The notes beneath the pieces are model-generated. The model had not been told where the DNA came from, made no database searches, and saw only the letters and a list, made by a program, of their open reading frames with translations. A stretch of DNA of 41,211 bases from an archaeon (GTDB taxonomy: Archaea; Aenigmatarchaeota; Aenigmatarchaeia; GW2011-AR5): NCBI GenBank assembly GCA_035289125.1, contig DATDXW010000064.1, positions 1-41,211 on the forward strand. Reading direction: 5' to 3'. Shown piece by piece: positions 30,673 through 39,525 of the stretch; position 1 is the first letter of the stretch; every line of letters begins with the position of its first letter. Made by a program: the position numbers and the translations under genes.

Positions 30673-31110
30673 TCAAGCAGGCAAAAGGCATCGGGAAGGC
30701 TTGAAAACGAGCACCGAGCAGAGCGCTTCCCTTATACTGGTTTCGTCCGGCTCTTTGATTGTTGTCGCGTTGATTGCGCTTTGCAATATTACATAAGTTT
30801 CATTTGAGCGCATCATTTCAACAATAAGCTGCTTCTGGCCGTCGATTCTTACCATCTCGTCCGGGAGCGTCGCCGAAAAATCAGCAATGCTCTGATTATC
30901 GTAGTAAAGTTTCATGAAAGTGAAGCCTGAGGATATATAAGCGCTTTCCGTGGCGCCATCTATGGCGTAGTCAACAACGAAGGAGTCAAGCTTCTGCATG
31001 TCTGCTGCGCCACCGGAGGCGCCGAATCCGGTTATAAAAAATGCGAAAGACGAAAATATCATCGTTGCTGTTATAACAAGAGCTCCTATCTTCTTCATAT
31101 CGCGTGGCAT
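30673..31110 (-). CDS. hypothetical protein with an N-terminal membrane anchor or signal
   Basis: MPRDMKKIGALVITATMIFSSFAFFITGFGASGG..., then a soluble domain. No family recognised. Confidence 0.6.
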   Translation of the reverse strand: MPRDMKKIGALVITATMIFSSFAFFITGFGASGGAADMQKLDSFVVDYAIDGATESAYISSGFTFMKLYYDNQSIADFSATLPDEMVRIDGQKQLIVEMMRSNETYVILQSAINATTIKEPDETSIREALCSVLVFKPSRCLLPA

Positions 31111-31176
31111 TTTATCACTCTTTTATCAACAGCGAGCCTTTTTAAGAATTGCCCCCAGATTAAACGAGGGTTCTAT

Positions 31177-32199
31177 TTGAAAAAATATCTGGTTCTGGAA
31201 AACGGCACGATTTTTGAGGGCATTTCTTTCGGGTTTGACGGCGAAACGAGCGGCGAAGTCGTGTTCAACACGGGTATGACAGGCTATACAGAATCGCTTA
31301 CTGATCCTTCGTATAAAGGGCAGATACTTTGCCAGACTTACCCGCTGATAGGCAATTACGGCGTCCATGAGAAAGACGCCGAATCTTCGTCTATTCATGT
31401 CAAGGGCTATGTTGTCAACGAGCATTGTGATGAGCCGGAGAACGGGAAAACGATGGACGCGTTTCTTAAAGAGCACCACGTTCCGGGAATATCGGGAATA
31501 GACACGCGCATGCTCGCTAAGACGTTACGCACGCGCGGAACAATGTTGGGAGGGATATTCAACTCTCCCGTTGCACGCGAGTTGTACAACCCCAACAAGG
31601 ACGACCTCGTTTCGATGGTGACCACGCGGGAAATAAAAGAATTCGGAACAGGCAAGACTGTGGCGCTTATAGACTGCGGCGTGAAGATGAATATAATCCG
31701 TTCGCTGATACAGCGAAACTTGCGCGTCATCGTGATGCCTGCAACGTCCAGTATTGATGATATAATGGCGCTTAATCCGAGCGGACTGGTGGTGTCCAAT
31801 GGGCCAGGGGACCCGCAGAGCACGCGTTATGTCGTGGACACACTACGGAAGTTCATCGAATACAGGCTTCCGACGTTCGGAATATGCCTGGGCATCCAGC
31901 TTCTGGGGGGCGCACTGGGCGCAAGTACTTACAAGCTCACATTCGGGCACAGGGGGCAGAATCATCCATGCATGGACACGAAGACGAAAAGATGCTACAT
32001 GACTTCGCAGAATCATGGCTTCGCCGTGAAAGACCTGCCGGAAACTCTGGAAGCGACAATGGTGGACATGAACGATGGAACGATAGAAGGATTCACACAT
32101 AAAAGGCTGCCCGTATTCGCCGTGCAGTTCCATCCAGAAGCTGCGCCGGGCCCGCAGGATACTTCTTTTCTCTTTGACAAATTCACGAGGATGCTATGA
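31177..32199 (+). CDS. carA: carbamoyl-phosphate synthase small (glutaminase) subunit
   Basis: VFNTGMTGYTESLTDPSYKGQIL, GICLG active-site Cys context, FAVQFHPEA. Apparent TTG start preceded by GAGGGT. Confidence 0.93.
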   Translation: MKKYLVLENGTIFEGISFGFDGETSGEVVFNTGMTGYTESLTDPSYKGQILCQTYPLIGNYGVHEKDAESSSIHVKGYVVNEHCDEPENGKTMDAFLKEHHVPGISGIDTRMLAKTLRTRGTMLGGIFNSPVARELYNPNKDDLVSMVTTREIKEFGTGKTVALIDCGVKMNIIRSLIQRNLRVIVMPATSSIDDIMALNPSGLVVSNGPGDPQSTRYVVDTLRKFIEYRLPTFGICLGIQLLGGALGASTYKLTFGHRGQNHPCMDTKTKRCYMTSQNHGFAVKDLPETLEATMVDMNDGTIEGFTHKRLPVFAVQFHPEAAPGPQDTSFLFDKFTRML

Positions 32200-35100
32200 T
32201 GAACGTACGTAAAGTTCTGGTTATAGGAAGCGGTGCGATAAAAATCGGAGAAGCGGGTGAATTTGACTATTCGGGCGCACAGGCAATAAAGGCACTGAAG
32301 GAAGAAGGTATAGAAGTCGTGCTTGTCAACCCAAACATAGCGACTATACAGACAGATTCTAAATTCACGGACACGGTCTATTCGGTCCCGATAAAGCCTG
32401 CGTTCGTGGAGAAGGTGATAGAAAAGGAGAGACCGAACGGGATATTGCTGGGATTCGGCGGGCAGACCGCGCTTAATTGCGGGATAGAACTGTATGAAAG
32501 CGGCGTGCTGCGAAAGTATGGCGTGAAAGTTCTCGGCACGGGCATGGAGAGCATACGGAAAGCGAGCGACCGTGACTCATTCAGAACGCTAATGCTGGAA
32601 ATCGGCGTGCCGATACCGTTGAGTAAAAAAGCCACGGATGTCGAAGGAGCTCTAGCCGCGGCCAAAGAAATAGGATATCCCGTGATAGTGCGCGTAGCAT
32701 ACACGCTCGGCGGATACGGCTCGGGCATAGCTTACAACGATACAGAGCTCAGGGAGATATCATATCGTGGACTGTCTTACAGCAGAATAAGGCAGTTGCT
32801 GATAGAGGAGTATCTGGACGGGTGGAAGGAGATAGAATACGAAATAGTCCGCGACTGTGAAGACAACTGCATCATAATATGCAACATGGAAAACATGGAC
32901 CCCATGGGCGTCCATACCGGCGATTCCATAGTGGTCGCTCCCTCGCAGACGCTCAGCAATGGCGAATATCAGGCTATGCGTACCATGGCTTTCAAGGTGG
33001 CTCGCGCGCTTGACATCGTGGGCGAATGCAATATACAGTATGCCGTCGAGCCAAAAAGCGGCGCATTCAAAGTCATAGAAGTGAATTCGCGGCTTTCAAG
33101 AAGCTCAGCTCTTGCAAGCAAAGCCACGGGATATCCAATAGCCTACATAGCGGCGAAACTTTCGCTCGGGCATCCGTTGCGTGACTTAAAAAACAAAATA
33201 ACCGACACGACTGCGTTCTTTGAGCCTGCATTGGATTACATCGCAGTTAAGATACCGCGATGGGACTTCAGAAAGTTCAAAGGTATAGCCATGGCGCTCG
33301 GTCCGCAAATGAAATCCGTGGGAGAAGTCATGGCTCTCGGGAGGACGTTCGAAGAAGCCTTGCAGAAGGCCGTGAGGATGCTTGATACCGGCAGTGAGCT
33401 TACGTCGCTTGACTGCGCCGTGGATAAGGAGAAGCTGCGCATCCCGAATGAAAAAAGAATTTACCATATAGCCAACGCGCTTAGAACGGAGAGCGTTGAG
33501 CACGTGGCTTCCCTCACAAAAATAAGCCCGTGGTTCATATACAAAATCAAAAATATCACGGATGCGGAAAAGAACGCCTTGCTCGACAGGGAGAATCTCC
33601 GCAAGCTGAAGAGAATGGGGTTCTCCGATAAAAGGATAGCCTCGCTCACGGGCATGGGCGAGAGTGACGTCAGAAGCCTGCGCAAATCTTTCGGAATAAT
33701 ACCAGTCGTGAAGCAGATAGACACTACCGCGGCAGAGTGGGAAGCCAAGACGAACTATCTATATCTCACATACTGGGGCAGTGAAGACGACATTATCTTT
33801 GAGAAAAAGAAAAAAATCGCCGTGCTGGGCTCCGGATGTTACCGCATCGGCTCTTCCGTCGAGTTTGACTGGTGCTGCGTCAACATGGCATGGGCGATGA
33901 AAAAATACGCGGATGAAATAATAATGATAAATTATAACCCGGAGACCGTCTCCACTGATTATGATACGGTCGATAAACTTTACTTCGATGAATTGACGCT
34001 TGAACGGATACTGGATATAACAGACAAAGAAAATCCGGAGGGCGTCATAGTTTCCGTGGGCGGGCAGATACCTAACAATCTCGCGCTGCCGCTCGCCGAA
34101 CAGGGCGTGAAAATACTGGGAACGTCCGCGCAGAACATAGACAATGCCGAAGACCGCTCCAAATTCTCTTCGTTGCTTGACTGCATCGGCGTGAAACAGC
34201 CCGAATGGGCGATATTGAGCAGCATTGAAAGCGCCAAGGCATTCTCAGAGAAAGCGGGCTATCCCGTGCTTGTGCGCCCGTCTTACGTCCTGTCCGGCTC
34301 TGCGATGACTGTGATATTTGACGACGCGCAACTTGGCGCGTATATGGGTGGCATGAACGGGGAGAAAAACGTCACGATTTCCAAGTTCCTTACAAACGCA
34401 AAGGAAGTGGAGATAGACGGCGTGCGGGGCGAACGCGTCTACGTAGGCGCGATACTTGAGCATATAGAGAACGGCGGCGTGCACTCCGGGGATGCTACAA
34501 TGGTGATACCTACAGTGACGATAAGCGAAAAAACGAAAGATACGTTGAGAAGCATAGCCGTGAAAGTTGCGGACGCGCTGGATATACGCGGACCTTTCAA
34601 CATACAGTTCCTGGTGAAGGACGGTGACGCTTACGTCATAGAGTGTAACGTCCGCTCGTCCCGCAGCATGCCCTTCGTGTCGAAAGCAACGGGACGGAAT
34701 CTTATGGACATAGCGGCGCGCGCGATAATGAACGAACCCATGAGCGAAGAGTACGCCGAGCCTTCGCGGTATTGCGTCAAGTTCCCGCAATTCTCATTCA
34801 CCCGCATGGGCGCCGACCCGCTCACTGGCGTGGAAATGGTTTCCACGGGCGAAGTGGCGTGCTTCGGCGCCACGTTCGGCGAGGCGTTCATGAAAGCCGC
34901 CATTGCCGGCGACGTGAAGCTGCCGGGGGAGGATTCGGCTATATTCGTCACAGTCGGCGGGGACAAATCGCGGATAGAGGGGCCCATGCGAATGCTGTCG
35001 ACAAAGTTTAGGATTTACGCGACGGATACGACAGCTGATTTTCTGCGCAGCAAAGGGATAAAATGCACAACGCTTTACAAGGTGAACGAGGACAGGCAAC

Positions 35101-35315
35101 CCAACCTTCTTGATTATCTCATTGAAAAGAAACTGGACATGGTGATAAACATTCCCGACCTGTCACAGAACGCGCAGCAAGTCTTGCAGGACGAGGCACT
35201 GATAAGAAAGAAGGCTACGGAATTCGGCGTGCCCGTCATAACAAACATGGAGTTGCTTGATGTGGAGGCGCGCGTGCTTAGCTCGATGAACCTCGAAGAC
35301 CTTGTAAAGGTGTGA
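32196..35315 (+). CDS. carB: carbamoyl-phosphate synthase large subunit
   Basis: KVLVIGSGAIKIGEAGEFDYSGAQA, two ATP-grasp halves, EVNSRLSRSSALASKATGYPIA. ATGA overlap with carA. Confidence 0.97.
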   Translation: MMNVRKVLVIGSGAIKIGEAGEFDYSGAQAIKALKEEGIEVVLVNPNIATIQTDSKFTDTVYSVPIKPAFVEKVIEKERPNGILLGFGGQTALNCGIELYESGVLRKYGVKVLGTGMESIRKASDRDSFRTLMLEIGVPIPLSKKATDVEGALAAAKEIGYPVIVRVAYTLGGYGSGIAYNDTELREISYRGLSYSRIRQLLIEEYLDGWKEIEYEIVRDCEDNCIIICNMENMDPMGVHTGDSIVVAPSQTLSNGEYQAMRTMAFKVARALDIVGECNIQYAVEPKSGAFKVIEVNSRLSRSSALASKATGYPIAYIAAKLSLGHPLRDLKNKITDTTAFFEPALDYIAVKIPRWDFRKFKGIAMALGPQMKSVGEVMALGRTFEEALQKAVRMLDTGSELTSLDCAVDKEKLRIPNEKRIYHIANALRTESVEHVASLTKISPWFIYKIKNITDAEKNALLDRENLRKLKRMGFSDKRIASLTGMGESDVRSLRKSFGIIPVVKQIDTTAAEWEAKTNYLYLTYWGSEDDIIFEKKKKIAVLGSGCYRIGSSVEFDWCCVNMAWAMKKYADEIIMINYNPETVSTDYDTVDKLYFDELTLERILDITDKENPEGVIVSVGGQIPNNLALPLAEQGVKILGTSAQNIDNAEDRSKFSSLLDCIGVKQPEWAILSSIESAKAFSEKAGYPVLVRPSYVLSGSAMTVIFDDAQLGAYMGGMNGEKNVTISKFLTNAKEVEIDGVRGERVYVGAILEHIENGGVHSGDATMVIPTVTISEKTKDTLRSIAVKVADALDIRGPFNIQFLVKDGDAYVIECNVRSSRSMPFVSKATGRNLMDIAARAIMNEPMSEEYAEPSRYCVKFPQFSFTRMGADPLTGVEMVSTGEVACFGATFGEAFMKAAIAGDVKLPGEDSAIFVTVGGDKSRIEGPMRMLSTKFRIYATDTTADFLRSKGIKCTTLYKVNEDRQPNLLDYLIEKKLDMVINIPDLSQNAQQVLQDEALIRKKATEFGVPVITNMELLDVEARVLSSMNLEDLVKV

Positions 35316-35367
35316 ATTGAAATTAACGGGAGCACACTTTGCCATATATAGGATTCTTTTGACTGTT

Positions 35368-35964
35368 TCATGGTTTCTCTGATATATCATTTATCTGTTG
35401 CCACAAAAACTCTTCCTGTCTACGTAGGAACGGCGTCTTGCCGTCACCGGAACCAACGCCACTGTATGACGTCGCGTGCATGGCATCTTCATAACCGTAA
35501 TTGTACACGACCGCCTGACCGCGTCCCGTGCCCAGCACTGCGATGATAGGAGCGGCGTTTATTATTGCCGCAGCGCCTTTGACCAAGTCCGGATAATTGT
35601 CTCCTATGTAGCAATACGTTTTCGGGTCATTGTGCAACAATGCCGCCATCAACGCCGCTTCCCTGTAGCCAACTTGGCCTGCGCGCATATAACCCCTGCC
35701 GCGCCTCTGCGCCATCGCCCGGCGCGGCTCAAGAACCATGACGCGGGTGCATAATTCGGCTATGTTCCTGTACTGTAGCATTTTCTCTTCGGTGGTTGCT
35801 ACTCCGCCCGGCATTTGGAAAAAAGAAGTAGCAGCAGGCACGGCCAAGACACCTGCGAGGTATTTTCCTACTTCCGATGGAATGCCGGGTATGCGCGAAA
35901 CTATTTGCTCGTGAAAGAAATTAGAAACGCCGTCTTGCCCGTATATTTTGACATCCCCATGCAT
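35368..35964 (-). CDS. hypothetical protein with a weak LOG/SLOG-like PGGxxTxEE motif
   Basis: Start moved to the ATG at 35964 because the longer ORF runs through tRNA-Gln. Contains MPGGVATTEEKM. No other family signature recognised. Confidence 0.5.
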   Translation of the reverse strand: MHGDVKIYGQDGVSNFFHEQIVSRIPGIPSEVGKYLAGVLAVPAATSFFQMPGGVATTEEKMLQYRNIAELCTRVMVLEPRRAMAQRRGRGYMRAGQVGYREAALMAALLHNDPKTYCYIGDNYPDLVKGAAAIINAAPIIAVLGTGRGQAVVYNYGYEDAMHATSYSGVGSGDGKTPFLRRQEEFLWQQINDISEKP

Positions 35965-35990
35965 AGCAAATATGCAGGACAGAAAATAAA

Positions 35991-36063
35991 TAGCCCCGGG
36001 CGGATTCGAACCGCCGTATCCAGCTCCAGAGGCTGGCATCCTGGGCCACTAGACGACGGGGCT
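35991..36063 (-). tRNA. tRNA-Gln (anticodon CTG)
   Basis: Reverse complement: AGCCCCG TC GTCT AGTGGCCCA GGAT G CCAGC CTCTGGA GCTGG ATAC GGCGG TTCGAAT CCGCC CGGGGCT A. The A1-U72 pair is typical of archaeal tRNA-Gln. TTTTTAAAC box about 30 nt upstream. Confidence 0.9.
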
Positions 36064-36151
36064 GCTGCAGTAAAGAGAGCGGGAGAGTTTAAAAATCCAC
36101 GCCATTAAGCAGGCGGTTTTGCGCGGCTTTTCTTTTTACTACTCGCAACTG

Positions 36152-36397
36152 TCAAATATCCCGCAACCGCTTGGAGCCGCTCTTTGTTATCAGATAGCAC
36201 GTAGAACCAACGGGGTTTATCACGGTCACAAGGTCTTTTTCCAAGAGTCCACGGGTGGCGACATCCAGAATGCTCGTGGCATCCCTGCCAGAGGCGCCGT
36301 TGTTTTTTCGCATGAACTCACGAAGCTCGGTCTTCGTTACAAGCTGGGCGTCGCCTATCTTTTTCAGCAGTTTCTCTTCCGCGGGCGTGAGCTTCAT
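36152..36397 (-). CDS. small winged-helix DNA-binding protein
   Basis: MKLTPAEEKLLKKIGDAQLVTKTELREFMRKNNG...RGLLEKDLVTVINPVGSTCYLITKSG: helix-turn-helix followed by a beta wing. Confidence 0.65.
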   Translation of the reverse strand: MKLTPAEEKLLKKIGDAQLVTKTELREFMRKNNGASGRDATSILDVATRGLLEKDLVTVINPVGSTCYLITKSGSKRLRDI

Positions 36398-36483
36398 GTC
36401 ATCACAAGAACCATTCAAATGATTTAACAATACCTATAAAATATCAAATATAAAAGCATTTTGGATGTAATACTGGTGATAAC

Positions 36484-36891
36484 ATGCCTATAATCGCGGT
36501 CAATTTCAGAAAGATAGAAGCCGTAAACAATGAGAAGAAGGTAACCGGCGGAATGAACGTAAACAGCACGCCGAAGATAACCGATGTCAAAAAGCGGGAC
36601 AAGGTTTTTGACATCAAAAACGTGCTTTCGATTGAATACACTTACGAAACGAAATACGATCCTGCTGCCGGGCACGTAACCATAGAAGGCGAGGTGCTTT
36701 ATAGCACGGACAAGGTGGACGGCATCGTTGCGACGTGGAACAAGGAGAAGAAACTTGACGACGACATCGCAGTGGACGTTCTCAACACCATATTCAGGCA
36801 GTGCATATCCAAAACTATTTCCATCGCCGCTGACTTGCGCCTCCCGCCTCCTATACAGTTCCCGAACGTCGTGAAAGAAGAGAAGAAGTGA
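36484..36891 (+). CDS. hypothetical protein with SecB-like sequence pattern (tentative)
   Basis: IIAVNFRKIEAV...VLSIEYTYETKY...VTIEGEVLYS...DVLNTIFRQCISKTISIAADLRLPPPIQFP parallels SecB (...[29 protein letters not shown]) in pattern only. Confidence 0.55.
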   Translation: MPIIAVNFRKIEAVNNEKKVTGGMNVNSTPKITDVKKRDKVFDIKNVLSIEYTYETKYDPAAGHVTIEGEVLYSTDKVDGIVATWNKEKKLDDDIAVDVLNTIFRQCISKTISIAADLRLPPPIQFPNVVKEEKK

Positions 36892-36978
36892 ACGGAGATT
36901 TGATGCCCCGGTTTTCTCCAGGCAAAGAGCGAAGGCGCGTTGCAAAAGTTTTTCGCAAACAAGAACGTCACTGTCACG

Positions 36979-37221
36979 ATGGAAGATATAACTGATTATT
37001 TAACGTGGGTTTCCGGAAATCCACGGTACCGATATGATGAACGCGAGCCTTGCACAAAATCCAACGGACTGACTGCCGCAGAACTGAAAAGAATGCAAAG
37101 CGCGAGCATGCCGGATATTCGGCATAATCCGAAAAACCACCCAAGGCCGCTGAAGCTTCTAAAAGATTCTACATATAATATAGGTAGCCACTTTAACCCT
37201 CACAAACGCGGGGGAGGTTAA
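36979..37221 (+). CDS. hypothetical small protein
   Basis: An ATG at 36979 lies inside ORF 36940..37221, whose own start is TTG. No motif recognised. Confidence 0.35.
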   Translation: MEDITDYLTWVSGNPRYRYDEREPCTKSNGLTAAELKRMQSASMPDIRHNPKNHPRPLKLLKDSTYNIGSHFNPHKRGGG

Positions 37222-37342
37222 AGTATATTGTAGAGAATATATTTATGAAATCATATAATGAATCGCTATTAATTGTAGTATATATTATTGAAAACATATG
37301 AAATAGTATATATAAAAACCGTCCTTATGCCTAACATAAAAA

Positions 37343-37855
37343 CTATGACTCATCCTCCGTTATAGAGCTGCTGCCCGTATCATCATCCTGCGTTTCCTTG
37401 TCATTTGTGTGACGCGCTTGCCCTATTGTCAGTATATCGTCAAAATCTTTGCTTATCCGCCGCGTCTTGCGGAAAAACGCCTTCACGGAAGATTCAACTT
37501 TGTCCATGAGCCTGTTAGTCGTATTGGCGGTAAGAATATGTCCCTTGGCGCTGCCACTCGGTGTCTTTACGAATTCCACCAACCCGAGAGAACGCCATTT
37601 CCTTAGCTCTTCATACGTCTGGCTCTGCGAAACGCCCAGAACCGCGCTTATCTGTTCCGTGGAGAGAGGAATATCGTCTTTTTTGTATTTAAGCAGTTCC
37701 AAAAGAAGTTTTGCGTGATTTGCCCTGCTCTCTTTGCGTTTCAAGCCAAGCCGACGCACCCAGACGTCTGCCATATGCTCGGCTGTTACGGAGTCAAGCT
37801 GGTCCGGCGGGGAGACGCGCTGGAATACTATATCGGATAATTTGCGCTTCACCAT
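37343..37855 (-). CDS. winged-helix regulator-like protein with an acidic tail
   Basis: ...IPLSTEQISAVLGVSQSQTYEELRKWRSLGLVEFVK.... Its ATG overlaps the stop of the upstream deaminase gene (TAATG). Confidence 0.6.
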   Translation of the reverse strand: MVKRKLSDIVFQRVSPPDQLDSVTAEHMADVWVRRLGLKRKESRANHAKLLLELLKYKKDDIPLSTEQISAVLGVSQSQTYEELRKWRSLGLVEFVKTPSGSAKGHILTANTTNRLMDKVESSVKAFFRKTRRISKDFDDILTIGQARHTNDKETQDDDTGSSSITEDES

Positions 37856-38391
37856 TATAACCTCACTAACTCTATATTGGCATCCTTGAGCAGTTTCGTG
37901 CCTAAATCATCAGGATAGTCGTGCATTGCGACCACTTTCTTCAGGCCTGCGTTGATTATCATCTTGGCGCACTGCGTGCAGGCGGTGAACGTGGTATATA
38001 ATGTGGCCCCTTCTGTGCGCATCCCGTGCCGCGCCGCTTGGACGATGGTGTTTTCTTCGGCATGGCAGCAGCTGCATTTTTCCAGTGCAGCGCCGGACGG
38101 CACGTCCGACGAACAACGGACGCACCCGCCCTCGTTGCAGTTCTTTATTCCCGCGGGCGTGCCATTGTAACCCGTGGATATTATCTGCCTGTCTTTCACA
38201 AGCACCGCTCCTATCATGCGGCGGGAACAATTGGCGCGCCCTGCCACAGCCATGGCAATACTCATGAAATATTCGTCCCAACCGGGCCTTTTCACGAGCA
38301 CTTTTGTGCCGCCCTGGGTCGGGGTTTTGCTGCTGATTGTGCCTGTAAAGAGGGTATTTTTGCCGTCGCCGACGCTTTTTATGTTGGGCAT
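37855..38391 (-). CDS. dCMP deaminase (ComEB-type cytidine/deoxycytidylate deaminase)
   Basis: WDEYFMSIAMAVAGRANCSRRMIGAVLV...GYNG...CCHAEENTI...TFTACTQCAKMIINAG. The frame is open upstream to 38610, but that start is TTG. Confidence 0.88.
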   Translation of the reverse strand: MPNIKSVGDGKNTLFTGTISSKTPTQGGTKVLVKRPGWDEYFMSIAMAVAGRANCSRRMIGAVLVKDRQIISTGYNGTPAGIKNCNEGGCVRCSSDVPSGAALEKCSCCHAEENTIVQAARHGMRTEGATLYTTFTACTQCAKMIINAGLKKVVAMHDYPDDLGTKLLKDANIELVRL

Positions 38392-38680
38392 AAGCCTTCT
38401 TTTGGCGGCGCGAAAACTTAAAGCTGTTTCATGATTAAGGCGGAATGGCACGGCAAAAGCGGCACTTCCTGCTGATTCGGCACATAACCTTGCTAGCGAT
38501 GAAAGGGCCCCCGTCCTGAGCAGTTTTGTTTTTTCCGTGTGCGAGTCGGAATAACTGGTTTTGATTGGAATACGGCGTTTATTGACTTTTGCACTGCCGG
38601 AAGACGCCAAAAAAATTCAGAATTTGACAGGAGTAATGGAAAAAATATTTTTGCGCCCATCATGTGATTTTATTGTATTA

Positions 38681-38926
38681 TTACAGTCCTATAGCTTTCC
38701 TCACGTCGTCCTCTATCCCCGGCCGTTTGATACCTTTGAAGAGTAAAGAGGGTCTATCGCCCCTATACTGCTTCACTTTTTTGAGCAATTGTGAGTAAGT
38801 AAGCCCGCCGGATACATAAGATGGCGGCTGCGGCGGCTGTGTTATTGTAATCTCGTATAATAAATGCCCCCTCCCTCTCGTGGTTGTGATCTCCAACGTA
38901 TAACGTTTTGACATAATGTCGTACAT
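38681..38926 (-). CDS. hypothetical small protein
   Basis: 81-codon ORF with an ATG start. No family recognised. Confidence 0.4.
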   Translation of the reverse strand: MYDIMSKRYTLEITTTRGRGHLLYEITITQPPQPPSYVSGGLTYSQLLKKVKQYRGDRPSLLFKGIKRPGIEDDVRKAIGL

Positions 38927-39013
38927 CCCATAAAAGCATTAATAATTACTGTCCATTCCGCCTTTTGAGCGGAATGTTTTATGTTAGGCTTGTGACATAC
39001 TTTTCTATATGGT

Positions 39014-39079
39014 TTTATATATAATGTTTTATATGTATTTTATTATATGCTTTCTTTTATATTGTTTCTAATTTATATT
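39014..39079. repeat. AT-rich tract with five (T)TTTATAT words
   Basis: TTTTATAT at 39014, 39028 and 39056. Variants at 39039 (TTTTATTATAT) and 39073 (TTTATAT). Confidence 0.7.
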
Positions 39080-39268
39080 TTGTATTCACGCCTTTTTGTT
39101 TCCTGCAACTCTCACATAAGAATTCTAAGGACGCGCTTTGTGTGTAAGCGCGCGGCTCCCTGTGCCGATGGAAAGCATTCTATATCCGCTCGCCATTTAA
39201 AGTATTCGCAAACGATATGAAAACCGTAAAATGAAAAAATTAAATATTATGAAAAAAGGAAAAAACGC

Positions 39269-39502
39269 CTACCTTTTCTTCCTGGCATGCTTCGCCTTTT
39301 CGGGCATGCAGCATATCTGGGACTTGTAATACTTCGCCGCGGCCATCACTGTGAGGCCTACGAAATACTGCGCTACTAAAACGCCGGTCGCCATGTCCAA
39401 AGCCAGCATCGGGCGCGCAGTCCACTGATACGCGAGGGCACCTACCAGCAATACGAGCGACACCGCTCCCAATATGCCGTATGCTATGCAACTTTTGCAC
39501 AT
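39269..39502 (-). CDS. small two-helix membrane protein
   Basis: MCKSCIAYGILGAVSLVLLVGALAYQW...GVLVAQYFVGLTVMAAAKYY...basic tail. The overlapping ORF 39240..39509 in another frame is less protein-like. Confidence 0.55.
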   Translation of the reverse strand: MCKSCIAYGILGAVSLVLLVGALAYQWTARPMLALDMATGVLVAQYFVGLTVMAAAKYYKSQICCMPEKAKHARKKR

Positions 39503-39525
39503 TTTTCATTCACCTTATTCATCTT

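Noticed and set aside
38392-38610. SRP RNA or another ncRNA hidden upstream of the dCMP deaminase core
   Set aside because: AGCAGGAAG-like words occur, but not in the order of the SRP helix-8 motif. No long closing helices were found by eye. The stretch is an uninterrupted continuation of the deaminase frame.
39240-39509. ORF 39240..39509 (89 aa), which overlaps 39269..39502 in another frame
   Set aside because: Its translation is Arg/Gly/His-rich with no hydrophobic pattern. The alternative frame gives a clean two-helix membrane protein, so only that one is kept.
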